A stretch of 64,000 nt of DNA from an uncultured virus (IMG/VR IMGVR_UViG_3300020182_000026) (Duplodnaviria > Heunggongvirae > Uroviricota > Caudoviricetes): IMG/VR virus record IMGVR_UViG_3300020182_000026, positions 1 to 64,000 of that record; one strand, 5' to 3'. The position numbers were made by a program, and so were the translations under genes. The notes beneath the pieces were generated by a model. It saw only the letters and a list, made by a program, of their open reading frames with translations. It was not told where the DNA came from and did not search any database. Shown piece after piece: positions 1 through 9,575 of this stretch (within the stretch, counting starts at the first letter, position 1; each line of letters begins with the position of its first letter).

Positions 1-48
1 TATATCAATGCTTTCGACATGATATGTCACTCTATACGAATCGTTCAT
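1..48 (-). CDS. 5' end of a gene running off the window (MNDSYRVTYHVESIDI...)
   Basis: ATG at 48 preceded by GAGG RBS on the minus strand; open to the window edge; only 16 codons visible. Confidence 0.5.
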   Translation of the reverse strand, partial: MNDSYRVTYHVESIDI

Positions 49-75
49 ATTTACCTCTGTTAGTTATGTATGTAC

Positions 76-783
76 TTATTTATACTCTTTAATACATGCA
101 TCAATATATTGCGCAATTAATTTATGTCCAGTTTCATCTGGGTGTCCCGACCTCTTGAGATTAAAATCACTCAGGTCGTATCTAGAATTCGCATGCCAGT
201 GCCAATCTGATGATGAAATGTCCTTTATTTTTCCGTCGGTTGCAACGTCAAGTAATGTTCTATCAGCAAAAACCATTCGATCAACACTATTATGAACTTT
301 ATTATCATAGAATGCATTAACATTGATGATTGGGATATCTTTAGCTAACCAATGTGCAGTGCATAATTCATTATAAAATGTATCTATAAATTCATCATCT
401 GCCAATGTTTTTGTCACAGACACAAAACGATCATGTGTATTGGTTTCTAACTCCCAATCACAACGCCTGTTGGATGCTCTAAATTGTGAGGTCCATGCTA
501 GAATTATTATATCAATAGTAGTATCCATTGTCAAGCGATCATGTAATATTTCTAATATTTGCCTATTAGACACGCCAGACTGACTTAGATTTTCTACCTG
601 GTATTCACCGCTAAGAGATAGTATAGTTGACCACCGATGAGTGTCTACATACGCATGATTTTTTTCACACTTTACAGTAAAATCCGGACCGTATTTTGTT
701 ATAGCTTCTTCTTCTGTACAAATAGAACGGTCCCATAATTCAGCGCCCCATGTCCAACTATCACCTATACATAATACTTTCAC
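76..783 (-). CDS. SGNH/GDSL hydrolase-like protein
   Basis: N-terminal GDSW motif, NLSQSGVSN block, C-terminal GHP..GH. Confidence 0.75.
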   Translation of the reverse strand: MKVLCIGDSWTWGAELWDRSICTEEEAITKYGPDFTVKCEKNHAYVDTHRWSTILSLSGEYQVENLSQSGVSNRQILEILHDRLTMDTTIDIIILAWTSQFRASNRRCDWELETNTHDRFVSVTKTLADDEFIDTFYNELCTAHWLAKDIPIINVNAFYDNKVHNSVDRMVFADRTLLDVATDGKIKDISSSDWHWHANSRYDLSDFNLKRSGHPDETGHKLIAQYIDACIKEYK

Positions 784-1106
784 TCAACTACTACCTTATC
801 GTTAAATCCTAAGCTAGGTGTTTTAACGCATACGATATGACATTCTTCTAACAACTCTACAATCGTTACTTCCTTAGGATCAAATATGAATATGTCACCT
901 GGTCCTAATGTTTCTCCGTTTGCAATTAAACTGCCAACAAGCAACAGATTGTACTCAGTAGATAACTCCTGATAATGTTTCTCTGGTGTATCTTCTTTCT
1001 TGTGAATTTGAAATCCAACTTCAAATTCTTCAGTTTTTAAAATTGCAGGTTCAAAGTTTCCTATGAACCACCCTCTTGTAAAGTTTTCAATACGTTCTCG
1101 TTTCAT
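780..1106 (-). CDS. small cupin-fold protein
   Basis: 108 aa; GWFIGNFEP, EYNLLLVGSL and LGPGDIFIFDP cupin-like pattern; 4-nt overlap with next gene. Confidence 0.6.
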   Translation of the reverse strand: MKRERIENFTRGWFIGNFEPAILKTEEFEVGFQIHKKEDTPEKHYQELSTEYNLLLVGSLIANGETLGPGDIFIFDPKEVTIVELLEECHIVCVKTPSLGFNDKVVVE

Positions 1107-1124
1107 TTGACAAATCCTTTGGTA

Positions 1125-1164
1125 GATAAATAACTATGTATATAACTATATGTGTATATTTATC
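1125..1164. promoter_or_regulatory. face-to-face pair of T4-late-like promoters (GATAAATA + at 1125-1132, - at 1157-1164)
   Basis: both octamers lie in the short spacer between divergent genes. Confidence 0.5.
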
Positions 1165-1178
1165 AAGAGGTGAAATGA

Positions 1179-2117
1179 ATGAAAATTGGCGTATTATTAA
1201 TGGGACAGGTTAGAAATTTTGACGTAACGACAGAATTTCTAAAAAAAGAATTTGACTTGCCGGGAGTAGATGTAGACTATTTCTGCCATACGTGGGACTC
1301 AGTTGTTAATTTTTCACCATGGAATAATATGAAAACAACTGACGAAAGATTTTCTGATTTGCAGATGCATGATCAAGGCAAACTCATGGACACTATTAGC
1401 CTTATTAATCCAAAAAAATCCATTATAGAAAGTTATGACAAATTAGAAGAAATTTTTGATACAATTTATCACCCAGAATACAAAAATGAGACAACCAATG
1501 TTGTACATGACAAATTTTTAGGATGTGGTTGGGCGGCTTTTGACAGTGATAGCACTCTCAAGTTCTCTGATTGGAATTACTATTTCAGTCTATTAGGTCA
1601 ATTTTATAGTACTAGCCGGGCATTAGATTTGCTTTGTGAGTATGAAAGAGAAGTTGGAATAAAATATGATGTCATTGTGCGTTGGCGTTATGATTTGGTA
1701 TCGAACACTCATTACCGAGATACTGATGCCCGTGTTAACCAATGGTGTGTTAACCCAATGAAACATGAACACGGAGATACTATATTCTTTAATTCTTTAA
1801 GTATCTGGCGGGGCATGCAATGCGCTACTGATCATATGTGGTTTGGGGCGGCTGGTGCATTTAAGAGTTATACCGCAAACTTTGATCAAAAATATATTAG
1901 TTTGGTTCGTGCAAAAATAATGAACAACAAGACAGTACTCAATGAAAACGCAGTACAAGATATTATTATTAATCAGAAGATGTCTTCTAAAGAATCCAGT
2001 ATGGGATTAGCGGTCGTAAGACCTGGCGCAACTAAAGAAATGTCGTTTGACGAATTATATGATTTGGAAATCGCACATGAAGCGCAAAAACGATCATTAG
2101 CATTGAGGAGTCAATAA
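1179..2117 (+). CDS. hypothetical protein, possibly glycosyltransferase-related (KIGVLLMGQVR family)
   Basis: GQVR...DYFCHTWD...YDVIVRWRYD pattern shared with the next ORF. Confidence 0.55.
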   Translation: MKIGVLLMGQVRNFDVTTEFLKKEFDLPGVDVDYFCHTWDSVVNFSPWNNMKTTDERFSDLQMHDQGKLMDTISLINPKKSIIESYDKLEEIFDTIYHPEYKNETTNVVHDKFLGCGWAAFDSDSTLKFSDWNYYFSLLGQFYSTSRALDLLCEYEREVGIKYDVIVRWRYDLVSNTHYRDTDARVNQWCVNPMKHEHGDTIFFNSLSIWRGMQCATDHMWFGAAGAFKSYTANFDQKYISLVRAKIMNNKTVLNENAVQDIIINQKMSSKESSMGLAVVRPGATKEMSFDELYDLEIAHEAQKRSLALRSQ

Positions 2118-2950
2118 TGAAGATAGCATTAGCATTTTTTGGACAGCCGAGAGGCATAGACAATGATATGATTATCGAACAATGGTTAAGGATACTAAGA
2201 GATTCTTCGGAAACTTGCACTTTTGACGTGTATGCTCATTTTTGGGATAACCAAAGTAATACTAAAATTTCAGATACATATGAAGAATTTGTTAAAGAAA
2301 CCCAAGTTGATGCTAACACACATTTTGACAAATTTATAAAGGCATTTAGACCGAAACAACTACACATTGAGCCTTCAAACGTACTAGATAAATTATCTAG
2401 TTTGTATTTTAGCAATAATGAATATGTAAACGCACGAGTTGATCCGGCTATTCCAAGTACTGGACGAGCGACTATTGGCCAATGGTATAGCACCGAACGG
2501 GTACTGGACCAGGTTATTAATAGCGGAGTAGAATATGATATAGTCATCAGAATCAGACCAGATATAATATTCGAACAGACCGAAAGCCATCATAGATTTT
2601 TTGAATTTTCGCTAATAAACCATTTTAAGGCATGTGCTGTCGGTAACAGATGTATTGGTGTTCCTTCTATAGAAATAAAATCAGGAACTCCGATTCTGAA
2701 TGATTGGTGGACGGTTATGTACGGAGGTTTTGTTGAAGAGTTTAAAACAAACTTAACAAAAAATATATCATCGCAAATCAATGCAATATTTACAACTTTA
2801 GATACACCAAATAGTATACAAGAAAATGCACTACACCGACATTGCATCAAACTTGACATCAACGCAGTTTCAACAAAAGCTGAGGCGAGAATTTATAGAA
2901 AAGAAGAAGGAACTTGGGTATGGCCTAATTACTTAGTAGATAGCAAATAG
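2117..2950 (+). CDS. hypothetical protein, paralogue of the upstream gene
   Basis: KIALAFFGQPR...DVYAHFWD...YDIVIRIRPD; TAATG coupling with upstream gene. Confidence 0.55.
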   Translation: MKIALAFFGQPRGIDNDMIIEQWLRILRDSSETCTFDVYAHFWDNQSNTKISDTYEEFVKETQVDANTHFDKFIKAFRPKQLHIEPSNVLDKLSSLYFSNNEYVNARVDPAIPSTGRATIGQWYSTERVLDQVINSGVEYDIVIRIRPDIIFEQTESHHRFFEFSLINHFKACAVGNRCIGVPSIEIKSGTPILNDWWTVMYGGFVEEFKTNLTKNISSQINAIFTTLDTPNSIQENALHRHCIKLDINAVSTKAEARIYRKEEGTWVWPNYLVDSK

Positions 2951-2955
2951 ATTAT

Positions 2956-4179
2956 CTACGTGTGATACTTAGTCTTAACACTGTCCCACGTACTTTGCAT
3001 TTCTGCATTAGTATCTTTTCCACAGAAAATTGAACAAGTGCGTAAGCGTTTATTTCTTACATTGTTATCGTTAAAGTTTTCGACATATTTTTCTTGGAAC
3101 ATTGGACCATCAATTATATCTTTCAGTGTAACATGGCGAAGAGAAATTTTATCTTTACCATAATCATTGATAAACGATTTTAATTGTGATGTTTCTTCAT
3201 TATCATATGCATAATACTTGCTTGCAGTGAAGCAACAGGGCCATACTAATCCTTCACTACTGACAAAGAAACTATCGGATTTCAAAACTAGACAATCAAT
3301 TTTTGTAGAACCTAAATCTTTTTCCCATTGGGTCAATGGTCTAGTGTTATCCATTTTAAATGGCTTCGGAATATACTTAGGCCTATGTTCCTCTAACTTA
3401 AAAGTTTTTAATGCGTGTTTCGATTCTACATCCTCGCCGTCAACCTTGTTAAACGTTGTCTTACTAATATAATCCTTGATGACATTATTTTGCCAGCGAC
3501 CTTCCATTGGAGGTTCAAGTACATAATCTAACTGTCCAGTTTCATTAAACACATGCATTGCCGGAGTAGCCACTCTATCCGTATCACTATTGACAAATCC
3601 GAGTGCCTTTTTATGAAAGAAGTGATCAAACCCCATTTCTTTAGCTAGTGCCTCTGCTTCAGTAACTTGATGTTGATTGTGCTTGAATACTAAATAATCC
3701 CAACGTGCAGTTCCGCCAGCCCCTATATAATTTTTGGCTGCGGACATAATCTTATGCCAGTGAGTCCCACGACGATAGATATGGTTCGTATCTTCTAACC
3801 CATCGATACTAAAAGTAACATGCCCGTTACTACCGACAAGCCTACCTAAATCCTGCCAGAACTTTTCATTACGTCCACTTGCATTAGTATTCATAGTCAC
3901 TTTGATGTTTGGATTCAATTCCTTTGTGTACTCTAGAATTGAAATCAATTCTGGGTTTGTCATCGCATCGCCATAATTACCACAGAAAGAAATAGAAAAT
4001 AATCTAGAGATTAATTCAACTGGGAACCATTTTTTGTATTGTTCTAACGTAACATACGTTTCTGTAAACATCGGATTCTTTATACCGCCGGATTGTCGTC
4101 TGTTACAAACCGGACATAATGCGTTACACAAGCTGCTCACTTCTAAGTCCAAATGTTGTAGTCTGTCATATGTATACAT
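2956..4179 (-). CDS. radical SAM protein with C-terminal SPASM/twitch-like domain
   Basis: CNALCPVC (CxxxCxxC); C-terminal C...GLVWPCC...CSIFC. Confidence 0.9.
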   Translation of the reverse strand: MYTYDRLQHLDLEVSSLCNALCPVCNRRQSGGIKNPMFTETYVTLEQYKKWFPVELISRLFSISFCGNYGDAMTNPELISILEYTKELNPNIKVTMNTNASGRNEKFWQDLGRLVGSNGHVTFSIDGLEDTNHIYRRGTHWHKIMSAAKNYIGAGGTARWDYLVFKHNQHQVTEAEALAKEMGFDHFFHKKALGFVNSDTDRVATPAMHVFNETGQLDYVLEPPMEGRWQNNVIKDYISKTTFNKVDGEDVESKHALKTFKLEEHRPKYIPKPFKMDNTRPLTQWEKDLGSTKIDCLVLKSDSFFVSSEGLVWPCCFTASKYYAYDNEETSQLKSFINDYGKDKISLRHVTLKDIIDGPMFQEKYVENFNDNNVRNKRLRTCSIFCGKDTNAEMQSTWDSVKTKYHT

Positions 4180-4181
4180 AA

Positions 4182-5372
4182 TTAATGTATCCTCTTAAAT
4201 TCTGGTAAATAATCGCCGATAACTTGGTTACGTATCGTATCTAAGTTACGAGTGTATTCTTTTGCTTGTTCCCATTTCTCTGGTTTATCAGGTCCACCGA
4301 ACATGTTTTTAAATTCTTTTAATTTGTAATCTTCAAATACATTACTAAATCGTTCATGTATGCTATCACGCATAGCTTTAGGTAATGCTGCAGGGGATAG
4401 AATGTCTGGATCATACACATAGTTATGATGAACCCATACTCCATGTTCTCTATGGAAGAAGTTATAAAAGTCTCCTAGAGTAGAGTAGTTCATCCATGAT
4501 ACAGTTTGCGTTACATCAATTTCAAAGTCTTCTTCCTTAATACGTAAGAAGTTCTTCATAACAGTGTCCCATTTAGTTGGGTATCGAATGTAATGATTTC
4601 TATCACCTAGGTCGTCGATGCTACAACTAATCTTCACATGATCGAACTTTCTCCATAACTCTATCACTTCTTCACTCATTAGCGTCATGTTGATATTGTA
4701 CCACAGTTTGATATCTGTTTTACCCATATCAACTAAACGCTCTAAGAACTTAAAGTGTTCTTTGATTAGTGTTGGTTCTCCACCATTAATATAGAATGTC
4801 TTTACTCTGTCGCAATGCTGTAGTAAGTCATTCCAGAACTCTTCACGTTCAGGCCATCTAAAGCCTTCCATCGTGTCATAGCTTGTGAGTTTGAATGTTG
4901 TACTGCTTTGTAGTTTGTCGTAATCGTTACGCCATTTAGATGATGATGCTGGATTACAAGTACGACATGCAACATTGCAAACATTACCTAATCTAAGCTC
5001 AACGAAATCGAGTTGTACATCTTTCATGTAGCCAGTATCGTCAGTGGCGTCCCTAGCGACTCCTACAGTGTACTCAGGATAGTTCTTAATCTCTTCTAAC
5101 CGTTTGCTTTGCATACCTTTTGCTTCTTCCGAGTAACAACGCATACATGCCTTAGGCTTCTTTCCATCAAGTACTTGTACTCTTGCTTTGCGGAATGACT
5201 CGCTATTCATCGTTTCGAATACGGTATCTCTGTTGAGATTATAATAACGTCGATCACCATCTTTCGCACTACTAAGTGCTTGTCTGTGATCCGCAATACA
5301 GCAATGCGTCACACCCCCATGAGGATGTGTCGCTAGGTGTTGAAATAGTAATGGGCAGAATGTATCAGTCAT
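4182..5372 (-). CDS. radical SAM protein with N-terminal twitch-like domain
   Basis: FC...HCC...CMRC at N-terminus; CNVACRTC; GGEP. Confidence 0.9.
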   Translation of the reverse strand: MTDTFCPLLFQHLATHPHGGVTHCCIADHRQALSSAKDGDRRYYNLNRDTVFETMNSESFRKARVQVLDGKKPKACMRCYSEEAKGMQSKRLEEIKNYPEYTVGVARDATDDTGYMKDVQLDFVELRLGNVCNVACRTCNPASSSKWRNDYDKLQSSTTFKLTSYDTMEGFRWPEREEFWNDLLQHCDRVKTFYINGGEPTLIKEHFKFLERLVDMGKTDIKLWYNINMTLMSEEVIELWRKFDHVKISCSIDDLGDRNHYIRYPTKWDTVMKNFLRIKEEDFEIDVTQTVSWMNYSTLGDFYNFFHREHGVWVHHNYVYDPDILSPAALPKAMRDSIHERFSNVFEDYKLKEFKNMFGGPDKPEKWEQAKEYTRNLDTIRNQVIGDYLPEFKRIH

Positions 5373-6648
5373 TATCTATTTGCCCGTGTACATACGCAGA
5401 TAACTCAGGGTATACCGCTCTCCAATCTAAGTTTCTACGTTGATCCATCTTGTCGGAGTATGAAACGAATTCTCGTAACATTTCTAAATCAGGTTCATTA
5501 CTTTCGATTGCTTTATAATATCCCGTTAACATATCAAATTCTTTAGTATCGGGGTTAACCAAATCTATTAGTTTTTGCAAGTCCGGTAACACGTAACTTC
5601 CAAACTTAGTTGGATCTAAAAATGGTGGGTTTTGAATAATGTTCCAGCTTTGTTCAATCTCTTTATCGTAACGTAGTTGATAGTCCAATACTTTTTGTCG
5701 TAATTCCCAATTAGTAGGCGTGGTCAGCGGACAAATTGTACTATGTACTTGAACTGTAATGCCATCTAATTCCATTAGTGTATTGAAGTTCTCTTCCCAT
5801 TGCTCCAAGTCTATCCCGTAACGTGAATATTCTTGTTCAGGTCCCCATGCATCAATACTACATACAACAATCCAATTGTCAATTTTCCCAGTAGCGATCA
5901 TTTTTTGAATCCTTGCAAGTTTCTGTTTGAACAGGCGAGGTTTATGCATCAAATTACTAAACATCTTTATACCGATATTAGAATTATCATTCTCCGATTC
6001 TTCAAAGAATGATAAACATTCCTCGAACTCTTCTTTCTGATACAGTGGTTCGCCACCTAAAATATGAAACATTTTAATTTTGTGTGAATGTTCGTGCATC
6101 CATTCCCAGAACTCACCCTTGCGCTTTTCGTATCTATTTGAACTTGAGAAATTACCATCAAGACTATAGTACTTACTAGCAGGACCATACTTTTTAATCT
6201 CTGCTTCAATTTTACTACTAAATTGCGGTGTGCAATATGTACATGCTAGATTACATGTATTCTTAAAGTATACCTCAACACAGGTAGGAGTCACTTCGTC
6301 TTGTAATTCGTTGTTTTCAGAATACATAATTTCATGCGGATTCCAATTATTCATCGGAGTGAAAACCTGTCTTTCACTCTTGCCGCCGGAATCTTCGACA
6401 CGTTTGCAGTATTGGCAACTGTCCTTAGGCCACTTCCCATCAACCATGCGCTTGCGTTCTTCAACTAATTTCGGATGCTTGTTAAAATCTTTAAAATTAT
6501 CGTCCGGCGATAGATTAAATCCGCCGGTTCGGTGACACATATTGATTTGGTCAAGACTTAGATATAATGTTAACCAACTCCATTTTAACGCACACGCTGC
6601 CTCATTCTGAATAGGGAACATTCTTCCTGATTTATTTTCTTCCATCAA
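5365..6648 (-). CDS. radical SAM protein with N-terminal twitch-like domain
   Basis: AC...MCH...CQYC; CNLACTYC; GGEP. Confidence 0.9.
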   Translation of the reverse strand: MMEENKSGRMFPIQNEAACALKWSWLTLYLSLDQINMCHRTGGFNLSPDDNFKDFNKHPKLVEERKRMVDGKWPKDSCQYCKRVEDSGGKSERQVFTPMNNWNPHEIMYSENNELQDEVTPTCVEVYFKNTCNLACTYCTPQFSSKIEAEIKKYGPASKYYSLDGNFSSSNRYEKRKGEFWEWMHEHSHKIKMFHILGGEPLYQKEEFEECLSFFEESENDNSNIGIKMFSNLMHKPRLFKQKLARIQKMIATGKIDNWIVVCSIDAWGPEQEYSRYGIDLEQWEENFNTLMELDGITVQVHSTICPLTTPTNWELRQKVLDYQLRYDKEIEQSWNIIQNPPFLDPTKFGSYVLPDLQKLIDLVNPDTKEFDMLTGYYKAIESNEPDLEMLREFVSYSDKMDQRRNLDWRAVYPELSAYVHGQIDND

Positions 6649-8032
6649 ATCGTCTCCACCAAAGATACAGTTCTGTATCTAATTTGTAAATATCTTCTAG
6701 CCGATATTGTTCTTGTCTAATCTGGTCAAGTCTATCTTGATATCCTTTACCATTCTTAAACTCTTGTTCGTGTGTATCTGGCCATTGTTCTGCAAATGTC
6801 GGACGTTTCTTCATTTCATGTAGAGTGTTAATAAGTGTCTCTTGCTTTTGTGTACCACGTGGTTCCATATATGCTAATAACTCATCAATTTTTCTGTCAA
6901 GAATATGACGTGGCCACGCAAACGGTGACATAACAATATCAGCATGAAATGCAAACATGATTTTTGTTTCCATGCGCACATCTAATTCTAGTGATAAGTC
7001 AAACAAATCTTTTAATGAGAACATGCCTGGACCTGTGATAGTCAAGTCAAATAGCATTTTATGCTTACCACCAGGTGCTGCCAGTCCTTGCTTGAAGTTA
7101 TCTAGCCATTCTTCCCATACGATACCCTTACGAATAAACTCTACAATATCACCAGTACCATCGATAGATGCGCACATTAACCAGTCTTTAAACTGTGGTA
7201 GATAATCAAATAGATTTTTACCTTTGAAGTCTACACGTGATAGATTAGAATTATAACGCAAATAACAGTTCTTTGCAGAACCGTTGTTTACCATTTCTTC
7301 TAATGCCCACCAATGCATATCATACATAAGAGGTTCGCCGCCGACCCAATAGATTTCTTCTACTATGCCGTCACTAATTGCTTTCTTGAACTCAGGTTCA
7401 GCAACGTCTTTCTGAAACTTTTGCATTTTCTGTTTAACAGTAGGTTGCATAAAGGGCTGATTTTCAATACTCCACATGTCGTGTTTCTTCTTTTCAGCTT
7501 CCCATGCACTTGATAATTGCTCACCGCACATACGACACTTGAAGTTGCACAAGTTTGAATAACGATAGTCAAAGGAAATTACTGGCATTTCTGTACGCCC
7601 ATCATCATCTGTCTTATCAAATGCTTCTTGTATCTTATCTTTGAATAGTACACCTGTGAACCATTTGCGATACGAACTTAGTGATAGAGTGTCATCATTA
7701 CACACATCACATTGTGGAATGCGCTCTCCTGCCATTAGCTTCTTACGAATGTCACGCATGTAAGGAGAGTTCCAATGTTCTTCTAGCGTTGTTGGATTAA
7801 AGTCATCAACGTCAGTTTTAGAATCTGTTACTTCCCCATACTTTGAATCATTTGATGCATCGATATACTGCTTTTGAAAAGAGTGTTCTTCACGTGATGC
7901 ACAACACATTCTACGTTCACCTTGTGGCGAGATATAAGTATGTGACCACGGTGCCATACAGAAAGTTTTGTTTTCACTTTCTTCAGCACAACTTGCATCA
8001 TCTTTCCAGATTGGTACGATTCGTTTAGTCAA
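6632..8032 (-). CDS. radical SAM protein with N-terminal twitch-like domain
   Basis: FC...MCC...CDVC; CNFKCRMC; GGEP. Confidence 0.9.
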   Translation of the reverse strand: MTKRIVPIWKDDASCAEESENKTFCMAPWSHTYISPQGERRMCCASREEHSFQKQYIDASNDSKYGEVTDSKTDVDDFNPTTLEEHWNSPYMRDIRKKLMAGERIPQCDVCNDDTLSLSSYRKWFTGVLFKDKIQEAFDKTDDDGRTEMPVISFDYRYSNLCNFKCRMCGEQLSSAWEAEKKKHDMWSIENQPFMQPTVKQKMQKFQKDVAEPEFKKAISDGIVEEIYWVGGEPLMYDMHWWALEEMVNNGSAKNCYLRYNSNLSRVDFKGKNLFDYLPQFKDWLMCASIDGTGDIVEFIRKGIVWEEWLDNFKQGLAAPGGKHKMLFDLTITGPGMFSLKDLFDLSLELDVRMETKIMFAFHADIVMSPFAWPRHILDRKIDELLAYMEPRGTQKQETLINTLHEMKKRPTFAEQWPDTHEQEFKNGKGYQDRLDQIRQEQYRLEDIYKLDTELYLWWRRFDGRK

Positions 8033-9575
8033 CTATAATTCCTCCGAGGGCATCAGTCTCCGTATCCCACCCACCTACTTTTATTTTCTGTTCGTGTGCG
8101 TCATCTCCGCTACCATACTCTTCAGTCGTAGCAGGATCAAGCCCACGTGGTGCATTTTCAAGAATAAATGTCTTAGACTTTATTTGTTCAGCGGTGGGGA
8201 CTTCTGCCTCAAGTGTGTTATACCAATCAGCCATCGGACCTTTAAAGGTTTCAGCGAAACTCTTATTACGTCTTACATCAAACTGTGAAAAGAATGCCTT
8301 AAAGTCGTTGTACAATTTACCTTGATCTGCTGTGTTCTTATGTGGTGTTTTAACAATATCAAGATAGTCGATCAGTCTGCGTACACTTGCGCGTTCATGT
8401 TCGAATATTTTTTTACTATTAAGAAAAAGCCATGAAGTCAATTTGTCTTTGTAGTATTTTTTAAGATGTTCTGGTAAAATCGCGGCACTCTGAAAACTTG
8501 GGAATCGTAGAATGTTCAATGTAAGCGAAGGAGCACGTGGTCCGTATTCTTCACGTAGTTCAACTATTTCATCCATAAATTCAGTGATGCTATTTAAGCA
8601 CAACGAATTGATTGTCATCATCATATGTAGTTTCTGTACATTAGATTCTTTAAGAACACGATGGATACTATTCATCCATTTGTCATAATCCAAACCGTCA
8701 CGTATATACTCAGCTTGATCTTTTGTTGCTTCCATAGAAGTGTAGATTTCAAAGTTAGGAACATACCAAGACTTTTCAATCAACTTGTCTAGTACTTTAG
8801 GAGTTTCTGGTGACAAGTTACTATTAATAGCAAATCGCATATTACGACCACGATCTGGGTTCTTTTCAAACCAATCAAACAACTTCCAAGTACCCGTATG
8901 CATGATGGGTTCGCCACCAGTAATACGAATTTCTTCTAGACTGTCTGCTAAATCACTTTCCCACCATGTATGAAACGCTTGAATGAATGGATTGTCTTCT
9001 GCTTTCTTTGTTGTAGGTTCTGCCCACGGAGCAGTGTCCATAAAGTGGCCGCGCCCATCAGACTGAATATTTTGATATGCGCCATAATCATTGATGTCTT
9101 TAACCCATGCAGTTGAGAATGCTGGATTACAGTAAGTACACTTTAGATTACATGCTCTATCAAATGAGATTTCAAGTGTACGCAACGGTACATTGGAATC
9201 CCATGGCATTTCCATACTCTTGTCAAGGTCTTCATTGCTGAAGATTTCAGTTTTGAATACGCGGTCAGAGATATGGTCTTTGCCCATATCTTCTACTTTC
9301 CAACAGTATTCGCATTCACTAGGACGTTCGCCCTCTTGCATCATCTTACGCATCTTCTTCTTATGCATAGTATTATGAATTGCAGAAGGATTGTCTTTTA
9401 GTTCTTCGACTGGAATCCAGTGTCCAGGTGGGTGATGACAACTTGTAGTTTGCCCATGACCCAACCAAATAGTTGCATTATACCATTTTGCACCACAATA
9501 GCTTGCGCTCTTGGTATCAATTATACGTTCTTTATACTGATGAAGGGTTTCCCCATTCTTGTTGTCACGCGCCAT
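8025..9575 (-). CDS. radical SAM protein with N-terminal twitch-like domain
   Basis: YC...SCH...CEYC; CNLKCTYC; GGEP. Confidence 0.9.
   Translation of the reverse strand: MARDNKNGETLHQYKERIIDTKSASYCGAKWYNATIWLGHGQTTSCHHPPGHWIPVEELKDNPSAIHNTMHKKKMRKMMQEGERPSECEYCWKVEDMGKDHISDRVFKTEIFSNEDLDKSMEMPWDSNVPLRTLEISFDRACNLKCTYCNPAFSTAWVKDINDYGAYQNIQSDGRGHFMDTAPWAEPTTKKAEDNPFIQAFHTWWESDLADSLEEIRITGGEPIMHTGTWKLFDWFEKNPDRGRNMRFAINSNLSPETPKVLDKLIEKSWYVPNFEIYTSMEATKDQAEYIRDGLDYDKWMNSIHRVLKESNVQKLHMMMTINSLCLNSITEFMDEIVELREEYGPRAPSLTLNILRFPSFQSAAILPEHLKKYYKDKLTSWLFLNSKKIFEHERASVRRLIDYLDIVKTPHKNTADQGKLYNDFKAFFSQFDVRRNKSFAETFKGPMADWYNTLEAEVPTAEQIKSKTFILENAPRGLDPATTEEYGSGDDAHEQKIKVGGWDTETDALGGIIVD

Noticed and set aside
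1..48. Truncated N-terminus faintly reminiscent of RuBisCO-like proteins (VTYHVES)
   Set aside because: Sixteen residues cannot support a family call
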